The notes under the pieces were generated by a model, which saw only the letters and a program-made list of their open reading frames with translations, searched no databases and was not told the origin of the DNA. DNA of 63,207 nt, the filler included, from Welwitschia mirabilis (Eukaryota): assembly GCA_051453625.1 (NCBI GenBank). It is 5 parts of one record of this genome, joined end to end, with 100 filler letters (N's around TTAATTAATTAA, not from the genome) between each part and the next. Parts side by side here need not be neighbours in the genome. Positions count along the whole stretch, not along the records: positions 20,092 to 49,645 come from JBOZIK010000001.1; positions 49,746 to 61,781 come from JBOZIK010000001.1; 3 more parts are not named here. The stretch is one strand, 5' to 3'. The position numbers were made by a program, and so were the translations under genes. Of the stretch, positions 39,567 to 51,720 are shown piece by piece (the first letter of the stretch is position 1; every line of letters begins with the position of its first letter).

Positions 39567-39699
39567 TTTGGAGAAAACCATCATTACAAGCTGTGGTTGG
39601 GAAGAGGTAAAGTTGTTAAACATGTTTTAAGCTACTCTGCTTAGCATTTCATTCTCATCTAACGGTGACAACCTCTCTTTTTTTTTTTCCTGCTTTTGT

Positions 39700-40300
39700 T
39701 CAGTGTAAAACCTTGTTTTCTCCTAGGGTATTGTCTTTCAATGTGCCCTCTCTCCACATAGTACCAATGCGTCACCCCCCCTTCATGCATGTTTGTGCTT
39801 CTGATAGGCCCACCCCATTGTTGTGTGATTCTGGTGCCAAAGGCCAGCCCTACCCCCAATCATGCTTTTCCTTTCCTCTTGAAACATCTTCTTGTAATAG
39901 TGTGCAATGGTAGCTGCCTTCTTTAGGGTACTGGTTTATGTGTCCAAACCTTCCTTCGAAGGGATTGGTTAAGGCGTTTTGTCTACTTTGTGGCCTTATT
40001 GAATATTTGTTTGGTGGGAAGGTACCTAAGGTGCCCAACATCATATCTATAGGATACACCTGCTATGTCTGAATCGTCTCATACACTTGCAAGTATTCAA
40101 TCTACCACAAAGGAGTTCAGAATGAATCTTCATTGGAAAGCCTCCACGAAGTCCTCCTAGGTGCTTGGCTGCATCAAGGGGTGGCTGGCCAACTCTTTCC
40201 ACCATTCATGCTAATGCAAACTCAAGCACAAGGTAACCAACTTGAGAAGGTCCACACCCAGGACCCCTGTACATTAAGGTAGTTCTCCACATGATGCAAC
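39700..40300 (-). mobile_element. Ty3/gypsy gag remnant
   Basis: Minus strand reads HEWWKELASHPLMQPST*EDFVEAFQ*RFI, matching the gag pattern AxxWW...TWedFxxaFxxRF. Boundaries approximate. Confidence 0.55.
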
Positions 40301-41764
40301 CAGTTATTTGCTGCAGCATGCTCCCCTCCTTCACCCTGGTTGTTATTTACCACATTTAATGATAATAGTGGCTAGAAAACAATGTATCAACAAAAATGTA
40401 CGGTTAACAAAATGTGTAATAGGTCATGTCGTTAGGAGGCTGGCAAGCAAGAAGAACATAGTAGCCCTCAATCTTCATCTGATGTCATTTGAAGGTTCAA
40501 AGAGAATCTTGTTGTGCAGACATGGAAATAGAAATGGGCAAAATATCTGATATGAAATTCAATGCATTGGATCAAAAAGATATACCATTTAAATCATCTG
40601 ATACTCAATATATAAGAATGGGAGGAAGCATAATAGGAATGGGATATGAAAGAATCTCATAACAATATGAACTAGAGATATTGAGATACTAATAGGAAAA
40701 ACGGGATAAGACAGAGAAATATGAGGAATGGTAAGAATAGCATGGAATAAGTGGTTAGAACTAGCACATATTAATGGGTATGAATAAGATCCATAAAGAA
40801 AATGGAAATAATTCAATAATTATTTACAAGGAGAGTATTAAGGTATTAAAAAAATAGCTGACGATGTTTAGGGGATTCTATATCTAACACAAAGGGAATC
40901 ATCAATATGGCAGTTCCTGTTAGGCTATCTGTTTAATAGTTTGGCGACTTTCGTTGTATGTGAAGGTTTTTCTTATAATCCCGACATCATTGAACATTGA
41001 TGTAGATCTTCTTCTAGGCCGAATTTTAGTTGGGCACTTGGCATACTCATTGAAGAAGGGCTGCTGATCTAAATGCAGCTCCTTTTATTCAGATGATTAT
41101 TTCATGTTGGAATTTGTTGCATACTCTTAGTGCAGGGCACATTTGTACAAAAGCCAAATCAAGGGGTTTTGATCCTTGGACTGTAGCAAATCTGATTCTG
41201 AGAAAGTATTTGGTATGAATAGATCAATATCTGTATCATTTGTGGTGGATCCTTCCTTTGAATCAAATTTTTGCATTTTGAGTTGGGATCAAGCTTGCTC
41301 TCGTCGCTAATCTAGTTGCTTAACTCTCTGAGAAATTTCCTGTCTTCTCTTTCAAGATAGATTTTGTTGCTTGTCTTGATATTTTGCATACAGTAGAACT
41401 CCTCCTAATTCTAGAACGTCAAAGGCTGTTTCTAATATGTAGAGTTCTATGGCCAACGCTGATCTGTCCTCTATGACCAACACTGATCTGTCAGTACATA
41501 CAGGTCTTCTTTCCACAAACCGGACTCTTCTTTTGGTAGTAAGAGGCCCATTCTGGGCCTAGTCAGTCGCTTTTCATGTGTAAGAAATCTTTTGTAGGGA
41601 AACCTTTCCCTCAGAGGAAGCCCAAAGGGGTCGGTCCCCATAGGGAGTCTAGTCCTCCAAGGAATGTTGGTCCTTCCTGTTCTATGTGTGTTTCCTCTTC
41701 TTGGTTTCCCGAAAATTGAAGTCCCCATGTCAGCATGCAATCCTACGTTTGCACCTATTGGTGT

Positions 41765-41908
41765 CAGTTCCTTAGTTAAATAACTTCTTATTAATATCAA
41801 TGTCACAAAATTATGGTCAGTTGCTTAACTTATTAGTCCAGTTCCTTAGTTAAAGAACTTCTTATTAATATCAATGTTACAAAATTATGGCCAGTTGCTT
41901 GACTTATT
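41765..41908 (+). repeat. 74-bp direct tandem duplication (2 copies)
   Basis: cagttccttagttaaa... starts at 41765 and again at 41839, with a few substitutions. Confidence 0.92.
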
Positions 41909-42172
41909 GTTGCTGAATATGGGCATTATCATTATTAAAACGAATAGATCATTTAGCAAAATTTGGAAATGTTTGTAAGCAACTTATACATATCTAAGAC
42001 TAATAAAGGTTCAAATCTGATATGAGAAAGTAGAAGATGGAATAGTGTTGGAAATAGTTTTTCCCTTCGTCATAAAGACATTCTTCTTCCCAAAACCCTG
42101 TCTGAATACAATCTTCAATTAAGAAAAATGCCTCTTAGAATCCGAGGGAACAATAGAACCCTTTTTGCATAG

Positions 42173-43880
42173 GGTTTAGCCCCTAAAATTTGGTGGTTTT
42201 AAGGCTTGTGTTTCAGATGTGTGTGAAGCCGAATTTTGGTGCAATTGCACCATAAAAGAAATGGCACATTTGCACCAAATTGCACAAGGCGATTGTGTGG
42301 CACAAGGATAAGATAGATGTGACAGAATCCATCAAGCACTAAATGAAATTGAGCAAAAATTTCCCAAAGTTGTGAATGAAGTTCGGATTGTGAAATAAAC
42401 AGGACTTCAAAATATGCTTGCAAAAGTATGTCTTTAGCATTCTATCTCCAAAACTCCATCTTCAGCATTTTGTCTGCAAAGCTCTATTTTTAGCATTCTA
42501 TCTCCAAAACTCCGTCTTCAGAATCTTGTCTGCAAAACTCCGCATACAGAACCCAGTCTGCAAAAGTCTGTCTTCAGAAAACCATCTCTGAAACTTCATC
42601 TCCAAAACAGTTTCATAGGCTATTTGCAAAAATAGGAAGAAAAGTCCAAGTTGACTTCTTCCATAATCTTAGTGTGGTCCATCTGTCCCTACTTTTTCTA
42701 GGGTCCACTCCCAACAAATCCTCATACATCCCATCTTTTTCTCAACCCCTTAACCACTTCCTTTCAATATAAACTCATCCCCAATGCTTGGAAAAGGGCG
42801 GGGCCGGGAGTTGGTGAATCTTTCTGCCATTGGAAGGAGGTCAGCAAGCTTGTCAGTCGTTAGTAAGCTTTCCTTAGTCAGGATTCAAGCCCAGCTGCCA
42901 TTCCAAGCCTAGGGGTCAAAAATATATTCTGATACCAAGCTTAAAATATCTTGGGTCTTGTAAGTTCATTCTCTTTGAGTTAAAATCGTCATTTCTTCTC
43001 TTCTGGGCATATTTGATGCATTTATTTTCTTTTCGTAAGAATTTCATGAATTGAGTACGTCATTTAAGACTTTGAAAATGCTCTATTATCATTTTGAAGA
43101 CTCTGCATGCAAAGTTATCCTATTCTATCTGCTAAAGAGTTCTATCCAGCTTGTTAAACTCATGTTGTATGGCCTATTAAATCATTCTGTCCATTAGAAT
43201 AGCCATGTCTTATTTACTGATTGGTCCTCTTTTATTCACTAAATAATGTTGTTCTGTTTTTANNNNNNNNNNNNNNNNNNNNNNNNNNNNNNNNNNNNNN
43301 NNNNNNNNNNNNNNNNNNNNNNNNNNNNNNNNNNNNNNNNNNNNNNNNNNNNNNNNNNNNNNNNNNNNNNNNNNNNNNNNNNNNNNNNNNNNNNNNNNNN
43401 NNNNNNNNNNNNNNNNATGCTTTATCTGTTATGCTATTCTATAATGTTTGTTAAACTGATTCAGTACATTTGTTAGACTGCTCTGTCTACTAAATTTTCT
43501 AATCTAGTTTATAAAACAATATTGCTGTGTCTACAAACTTGCACAATTCTGTTCCTATAGTCTTCAATCTACTTACTGAATTGATTTTCTATCATAATAT
43601 CTAAAATTTGTAGTTCATTTATAGACAAAACCATAAGTCATTTCAATATTGCTTGAACATGTTTTCCTTATACAATGTTCTTTCATAATGTTTTACTTTC
43701 TAAGAGAAAAACTGAAGTGTTTCCTTTCCTCAAAACAGTGTTTAAATTCTTATATTAGCTCTTTGTCAATTTAGAAATCTGAAAATTCATCCGTCAAACA
43801 AAAGAACCTTCCTAAGTCATTCAGGTCGAGTCGTTAGGAAAGTCACCAGAAATTGTAGCGATAGTTTTGGCACGCCATGT
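42173..43880 (+). mobile_element. Probable long LTR of a Tat/Ogre-type gypsy element with PBS stub
   Basis: Non-coding; internal tandem array; TATA-like aatataaa ~42766; ends ...tgtagcgata followed by gttTTGGCACGCC (43868-43877), a PBS-like sequence. Left boundary uncertain. Confidence 0.45.
42419..42610 (+). repeat. 28-bp minisatellite, ~7 units, first four alternating as a 56-bp dimer
   Basis: tgcaaaagtatgtctttagcattctatc / tccaaaactccatcttcagcattttgtc / tgcaaagctctatttttagcattctatc / tccaaaactccgtcttcagaatcttgtc / tgcaaaactccgcatacagaacccagtc / tgcaaaagtctgtcttcagaaaccatc. Confidence 0.9.
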
Positions 43881-44062
43881 GAACTGTTTATTTTAAATTT
43901 AAATAAGAAACGATCTATTATTTTTCAAAGTCAATTACATAAAATAACAACTTAAATTTTATAAATGAAACTTAACCTCATAAAATATTATAAAGAAACA
44001 TAAGCAACTAATGCAAGAGCATCCTAGGGGAAAAAAGAATATGTTTCAATGGGGGGTCTATT

Positions 44063-47000
44063 TGTTAAGGTTTTAGTGTGCTTGTGTGGAAAATAAAATT
44101 TCCCATGTGTATATGCCATGCAAGAATGAGTAGCTGTTTAATTTAGCATGTAATGAGTATACTGTTTAGAGGAATCTAGGCATAAAGAATATGTTCTCTC
44201 TACAAGCTATGTATGGTAAAACATCTAAGGGGTTAATATTAGAAGATTCCTTCATAATCAAGGTTTCTCTTGAAGTATTATAAATAGAGGAAGGTGGTAG
44301 GCATAAGGGGTATCAAGGTTATTAAAGGAGGCCACTATTGAGGAGAACTCGTGGAAGCTCTAGTGGATGTGAGTGTGGTTTGTAAGCTTGTACGTTTTGT
44401 GCCATTAATATAAAGTGATTCTTTTATTGTCTTTAATAGCTTTTTTCCTTCGTATTTTTTCTTTCTTTTCTATTCCTCACTAAATTCACAATTCCAAAAG
44501 TAATCTTGGGGTTTTCGTGGTATTAACTCTACATCATCTTGGATTAGAGCAAGTTTGGGGTTTATCTGGAATTGATTGTTGTCTTTGGTTTCAAGAAGGA
44601 TGCGGTCAAAGAAGCCAATAGTTTCCCACCTTTAGAAGCTTCTTGGGAGGCAACAATTGGTGGTGAAAGATATTCAAAGGATGATGGATGTGTTGATAAT
44701 GAAGTTAGGTGTGGAATATACACCCAAGCCTATGCATCTAGTTTCAGAGGAGAAGTAGGAAGAAAAACAATCCATGGTGGAGGAGCGACCAAAGGAGGAT
44801 GCTATGCACGAAGATTGAAGTGCAGAGGAAGAGAAGAATCTCTTTGTGAAAGCCTTAATGAAGATGGCACAAAAGGACCCAATAAGCATGACACAATTTG
44901 AAGCAAGCTTGGAAGTAGGAAAGCTTCATGACTAGATCCAAGGCATGGAGCTATGCTTCGAGATTGAGGACATTACTAAAGTAAAAAGGTGAAGTTTGCT
45001 TCAACTTCCTTGTAAGTAGTTGCAACAAGTTGGTGCGAGTATGTTTTGAAGGCTTGTGAAGATCAAGGCCTTTCAACCACTTGGAACTACATAAAGGAGA
45101 CTTTCCAAGACACGCTCATGCCACTTTCAGACAAGGCAAAGATGAGAGAGAAGATGTACACTTCCACAAGGAGAAAAGTCTGTGGCAAAGTACACAAAAG
45201 AGTTTCACATGCTTGCCATCCAAGTAGGACATTTTAATTTCAGAATGTGAGTTAACCAGATACGTTACTAGTTTAAGATTTGTTATTCAAGATGAGATTG
45301 CCATTTTTACTCTTAGAATAATCAAGGAAGCATACCAGTTTGCCCTGTGAGTAAAATAGAAGTTGTAATGAGTAACAACTCCAAGAGAGATTGATACGAA
45401 GGAAAGGAACCACCAAAAGGGGGTTGTTAGCAAGAAGAAGAGACAAACCAAGAATGGTAGAACAAAGGCAAAGAAGACATCAAAAGCAGAGTAAGTACCT
45501 ATAGAGGAAGTGGTAAAAGAGGTAATTTGTTGGGGGTCTACTATAAGTACCTATAGAGGAAGTGGTAAAAGAGTAAGTACCTATAAATGCCATAAGTCTT
45601 ATGAGGGTCTACTAAACAAGGAGGCTACACACAAAATTGGTGTCTTGTAGCATGTTGAGACAAGCAGAGAGTCCAAGAAGAAGGAACCAGAGAAGATTGC
45701 TAGTGGAAAAGGAGAACACATGATTGTTAGGAGAAAGTTTATGCAAGATGCAAAATCTAGGAAGGAGTGAGCACAATGAAGACAACTTTTCAGAACTAGA
45801 TGTAAGTGCAAAAGCAAGGTATGCAAGGTTATAACTGATAATAGAGCATTGACAACTTAGTTTCTAGTGAGATGGTGGTAAAGTTGAGCCTAAAGACCAT
45901 GCCGCATTTGATACTATGTTGACTCTCTTGGTTGTAGAAGGGGTATCATAATATAGTTACAAAATAGTGTCTAGTTAACTTTGCAATTGGTAACTTTCAT
46001 TACCAAGTTTATTGTGATGTTGTTCCTATGGCAATATGATACTAAGTGCATGCATAATGGCAAAACAAATGCTTGCATTATAACTGACAAGAACAGAAAG
46101 AGATTTGACTTGTTGCTAGATGCAGAGGAGATTCCAAAACACAAGGCAATTGTATGCTTCTTCAGAAGAAAATAGGTGATAGATGAAATAAAAGAAGAAG
46201 GATATTGCATTACAGTGGTGTTAAAGGTCTCTTTGGAACAACAGTTGAAGAAGTACCCAGTGAGGTAAAAGATGTGGTGGAATCTTTGATAGATATTTTT
46301 GTTGATGATTTGCCTTTTGGTTTCTGACTTATTAAGAGCATAAACTAGTAGATAGATTTGATTCCCAATGCTTCACTCCCAAACAAAGCACCATACAAAA
46401 TGGTACCACATAAAAACGAAGAGATAAGCAGACAAATACAGGAGTTGCTAGACAATAGATGGATCAAAGAAAGTTTACCACCATGTTCAATTCTCGTAGT
46501 ACTAACTCTAAAGAAAGACAATAAGGAGATGTGGATGTGTGCTGATTTAAGAGCCATCAAGAATGCAACCATAAAGTATTGTTTCCCTATGCCTTGCATG
46601 GATAATATTTTGGATTGTTTGACTAGTGCATTTGTTTTCAACACGATAGATTTGAAGAATGGATAACATAAAGTTCATATATGAGGAAGACGAATAGACG
46701 ACAACATTTCAAATTCTATATTGGTTGTATGAATGGTTAGTAATGCCATTTGGATTGATGAACACTCCAGGTACATTTACGAGGTTGATGACAAAGGTTT
46801 TGAAACCCTTGGAAGGATGTCATTACAAGGACTTTCATGATAGGTTGTGCATTCCTAGAGGATCAAGGAGGGAGAACATCTCGAAAGAAGAAAAAAAAAC
46901 ATTACACAACTAGACATTGTGGGTTAGATAAAACCTATGAACTATTGAAAAGATCGTATCACTAGCCAAACATGTACAGGGAGGTGTAATGATGGTGGAC

Positions 47001-47986
47001 AATTACTCTATATGTCAAAAAGCAAATGGAAGATCGATGAATGTAAGGTTGTACATGCCATTCTCAGTTCCAACGAAGCCATGGTGGGACTAGTATGGAA
47101 CTTATCTTGGGATTACCTTGTTTCAGTGGAGGACCTAATTCCATCACGGTGGTGGTGGACAGATTGAGCAAAATGGCACAATTTGTTCCTTCTGCCAAGA
47201 CGAATGATGCTTCACACATTGCTATATTTTTTTATAGAAAGATTGTATGTCTTCATGGGTTGTCAAAGACAATAGTTTTAGATAGAGATGTTACATTTGT
47301 TTCTTATATTTGGAGGAGGTTGTGGCACATTATGAACAATAAAGTTATGGTATTCTTTAGTGTATCATCCATAGATAGATGGATAGGCAGAAGTGGTGAA
47401 TCATAGCATTGAGAGCTTGTTAATGTGCCTTTGTGAAAGTAAGCCAAATGGGTGGGAGGATTACTTAATGCATCCAAAATTTTATTATAACAATTTGTTG
47501 CATAGGAGTATAGGAAAGTCACCATTTGAAGTGATATATGCATATCACCCGAGGACGTCAGATATGTTGCATGGTGTGCTAGAACTTTGAAAATGGCAGA
47601 GGACTATGAAAAGAGAATTGTAGAACTCCATGAGGATGTGTAGCAAGCTTTGGAAGCATCAAACTCTAAGGCTAAGGATGTTGTAGATAAGCACAAAAGA
47701 TGTGTGGAGTTCAAGAAGGGTGATAGAGTAATGGTATACCCATGGAAGGAAAGATTTCCCATGGGAACCTATAACAAGCTCAAGTTCCAGAAGATTGGTC
47801 CATGCAGAATCGTGAAGAAGACTTCATCAAGTGCTTACTAGTTGGATGTTTTAAAGAATGTGGGTATTTCACCTACATTGAATGTTGTTGACTTAATAAA
47901 GTACCATGGAGAACCTAAAGAGAATGAAGCTTGGATTGCAGAGTTCAAAAAGTTGAACAAAGGAAAGTAGAATAGAAAGCCGAGAG
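44063..47986 (+). mobile_element. Ty3/gypsy (CRM-like) element with 5' LTR, internally deleted, cut at the 3' end by SIRE-D
   Basis: LTR TGTTAAGG 44063 to ...acatCA 44536; degenerate Met PBS tggattagagc at 44540; gag; protease; RT IPNASLPNKAPYKM...WMCADLRAIK...YEWLVMPFGLMNTP; jump to integrase near 46810; VVVDRLSKMAQFVP; GKSPFEVIY; KIGPCRIVKK. Confidence 0.9.
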
Positions 47987-48065
47987 TGTTGACTAGAATT
48001 ATAAGTTAAGTTTCAATGATATGTGAATTAGATCAGCACGATAGCTCAAAATGAGATGGCTATGT

Positions 48066-51000
48066 TGTTAGGATCTTTACGCACCCTAGAGGGGAAGTCA
48101 ATAGGGTGATTATAAAAACTGTTTCCAAAATCGATCAATCTTGATCATTAACAAACAACTTAGAAGCTTGATCATATAGGAAAACAAAATGCAAGAAACA
48201 CCAAAAGAAATTGTACACCAGATTTATAATAGTTCGACAAACCTTGCCTACTCCACTCTCAGGGGGCAGCAACGTGCCTTCAGCATCCTGGTTCTCTTAG
48301 AACACCCAATACAGTGAGCAAATTACAACACCCTTCACCAAGGGTTAAAATCCACGCCCTTCTCCAAGGGATACAAAATCTCACTCCAATGAGCAACTAG
48401 AAGATTTGAATAGAAGAGGATTTGATGATTTGAATGCCTTCAGCGCAGTACATCAGCAAGTATGAGCAAGATCTCCAATAATGGTAGATATTTTGATGTA
48501 GTACAGATTATATAATTACATCAGAGTTTAGCACAATAGTCAAATTTCTAGAGAAGGTTTTACAACAATAAGCATTCATCCGTTTATAGAAAAGGGTTAC
48601 AAAAATAGCTGTTGGAGCCTTAAATTCGAAGCCCTAGCCATTTAGCACACAACCCTAATAGTTAGCTCTTAAATAAATGTTTTTTGACGACTACCACGAT
48701 TATATTTTCGCTTCAACATCCACTAGGCCGATCGTCCCCTTCTTTATATCCAGACATCCTAGTTGTAAAGCTTGATTTCTGTTAAAATTGTGAGCCATCC
48801 CAGACATCCCCAAGTGTCAGACGTCCCCATAACACTGATGGAATACAAGGTCGGACATCGCGTAAGCAGAACTCAAACGTCCCCATACAAATTACCGTGT
48901 ATAGGGCTGGACTTCCCGTCATATCTAGTAGACGTCCCAATTGGCACAACTTCAGATTTCTTAATTTTGACTTAGCTTTGAAACCAATGCAAAGACTTAG
49001 ACATTATTGAAACTTGTATTCTTCCACAATCTCCCCTTTTCAATGATGACAACCCTCTTTAGGAGCTTTAGGAGTGAAGGAGGATTACTCCCCTTGAATT
49101 TGTGCTCCTAGATTGACCTGTAATCTGCAAATTGATTCAACACACAAATAGTCTTTGCAGATGGTTTAGTGTAGTAGTGTCTTTGCAGATGGTTTAGTGT
49201 AGTAGTGTTTTGACAAACTTTGTTGAGGCAAAATTAATAAAATGAGTATATGCGATATGTCTAAAATATAAATAGATCCATATGATAGAATTAGCCATTT
49301 AGAGAAGCTAGTTAGCTGAATTAGCAATTTTAATATGTGAATTTGAATATCTTCTCCCCCTTTGTCATTATTTAAAAGCAAAAAGATAGCACAACAAAAG
49401 TATAGCTGAGAGAAAAAGAGACTGATTTCATTATGAAATAAACGGAGTTACAAAAGTTTGAGAGTTCAGTATTACAATACAAACCGAAGATACGCAGAAG
49501 GAGAGATATAAAGAGCATGAGAAGAGAAGAGAGCTAGGAAGAGTAGTCATCATGTTCAGAGGCTATAGCTTCTTCTTCTTCTTCTTCTTTTAAGCCTAAA
49601 GGAATCTCTAACCCATAAGCAGACAAACCAAAGACAACGCGATCANNNNNNNNNNNNNNNNNNNNNNNNNNNNNNNNNNNNNNNNNNNNTTAATTAATTA
49701 ANNNNNNNNNNNNNNNNNNNNNNNNNNNNNNNNNNNNNNNNNNNNATTTTTCCCTTTGAAGGACTTCTTATAATATTTTCCTTCCTTTTTCTTTCGAAGG
49801 AAACTTTTGAAGTTCTTGATTAAAAGTGCTAGGCCTTTGTCCATCTCGTCATTACTTGAATCATTGGCCTCTTCACATGCCTTAAGAGCAATGCTTTTTC
49901 TTTTGGGTGGGTCTTTTTAAGGTAGGAGCGTTGCCTCATATGCCATCAAGTAACCTTTGAGTTCTTTTACCTCCATCTTGTTGATGTCCTTGCTTTCTTC
50001 GATGGCTGTCACTTTGGGCCTAAACTTCATAGTGAGGCTCCTGAGGATTTTGTGGACTACTTTGTTCTCTGGAACTTTTTCTCCTAGACCCCTCTTGTTG
50101 TTGACAATATTGCTCACTTTTGTGGTCTAGTCTACTACTGTTTCAGATTCCTCCAGTCTGATGTNNNNNNNNNNNNNNNNNNNNNNNNNNNNNNNNNNNN
50201 NNNNNNNNNNNNNNNNNNNNNNNNNNNNNNNNNNNNNNNNNNNNNNNNNNNNNNNNNNNNNNNNNNNNNNNNNNNNNNNNNNNNNNNNNNNNNNNNNNNN
50301 NNNNNNNNNNNNNNNNNNNNNNNNNNNNNNNNNNNNNNNNNNNNNNNNNNNNNNNNNNNNNNNNNNNNNNNNNNNNNNNNNNNNNNNNNNNNNNNNNNNN
50401 NNNNNNNNNNNNNNNNNNNNNNNNNNNNNNNNNNNNNNNNNNNNNNNNNNNNNNNNNNNNNNNNNNNNNNNNNNNNNNNNNNNNNNNNNNNNNNNNNNNN
50501 NNNNNNNNNNNNNNNNNNNNNNNNNNNNNNNNNNNNNNNNNNNNNNNNNNNNNNNNNNNNNNNNNNNNNNNNNNNNNNNNNNNNNNNNNNNNNNNNNNNN
50601 NNNNNNNNNNNNNNNNNNNNNNNNNNNNNNNNNNNNNNNNNNNNNNNNNNNNNNNNNNNNNNNNNNNNNNNNNNNNNNNNNNNNNNNNNNNNNNNNNNNN
50701 NNNNNNNNNNNNNNNNNNNNNNNNNNNNNNNNNNNNNNNNNNNNNNNNNNNNNNNNNNNNNNNNNNNNNNNNNNNNNNNNNNNNNNNNNNNNNNNNNNNN
50801 NNNNNNNNNNNNNNNNNNNNNNNNNNNNNNNNNNNNNNNNNNNNNNNNNNNNNNNNNNNNNNNNNNNNNNNNNNNNNNNNNNNNNNNNNNNNNNNNNNNN
50901 NNNNNNNNNNNNNNNNNNNNNNNNNNNNNNNNNNNNNNNNNNNNNNNNNNNNNNNNNNNNNNNNNNNNNNNNNNNNNNNNNNNNNNNNNNNNNNNNNNNN

Positions 51001-51720
51001 NNNNNNNNNNNNNNNNNNNNNNNNNNNNNNNNNNNNNNNNNNNNNNNNNNNNNAGGGTTTAGCACAATAGTCAAATTTCTGGAGAAGGTTTTAAAACAAA
51101 AATGTCTCATCCTTTTATAGAAAAGGGTTACAAAAATAGCTGTTGGAGCCTCAAATTCGAAGCCCTAGCCATTTAGCACATAACCCTAACTGTTAGCTCT
51201 TAAATAAACGTTTTCTGATGACCGCAACGATTATATTTCCGCTTCAGCATTCACTGAGCCAGACATCCCCTTCTTTATATCCAGACGTCCCAGTTGTAAA
51301 GCTTGATTTCTGTCAAAACTGTGAGCCATCTCAGAAGTCCCCTTACAAGGGTCGGACGTCTCCATAATGCTGACTAAATACAGGGTTAGACGTCCTGTAA
51401 TTAGAACTCAGACGTCCCCATACAAATTACCGCATACAGGGCTGAACGTCCCTTCATACCTAGTAGACGTCCTGATTGGCACAACTTCAGATTTTCTTAA
51501 TTTTGACTTAGCTTTGAAACCAATNNNNNNNNNNNNNNNNNNNNNNNNNNNNNNNNNNNNNNNNNNNNNNNNNNNNNNNNNNNNNNNNNNNNNNNNNNNN
51601 NNNNNNNNNNNNNNNNNNNNNNNNGCCCGAATTGGCATAGCTTCAGATTTTCTTAATTTTGACTTAGCTTTGAAACCAATGCAAAGACTTAGACATTATT
51701 GGAACTTGTATTCTTCCACA
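48066..51720 (-). mobile_element. SIRE-E: Sirevirus-type element nested in the 5' LTR of SIRE-D; most of the interior absent from the assembly
   Basis: 3' LTR 48066-49028; PPT complement atctcccctttt at 49029; post-pol ORF tail (DRVVFGLSAYGLEIPLGLKEEEEEE) 49545-49645; gag 49746-50164; 5' LTR visible 51054-51720; flanks tatgt/catgt. Confidence 0.92.
49151..49208 (+). repeat. Perfect 28-bp tandem duplication
   Basis: gtctttgcagatggtttagtgtagtagt occurs twice in succession. Confidence 0.9.

Noticed and set aside
45492..45590. Short local duplications (also 576-620 and 19546-19580)
   Set aside because: Ordinary slippage-type duplications in dead TE or intronic DNA.
51475..51680. Apparent ~50-bp duplication in the SIRE-E 5' LTR
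   Set aside because: The copies sit either side of an N gap and the 3' LTR has only one; most likely unmerged contig overlap.
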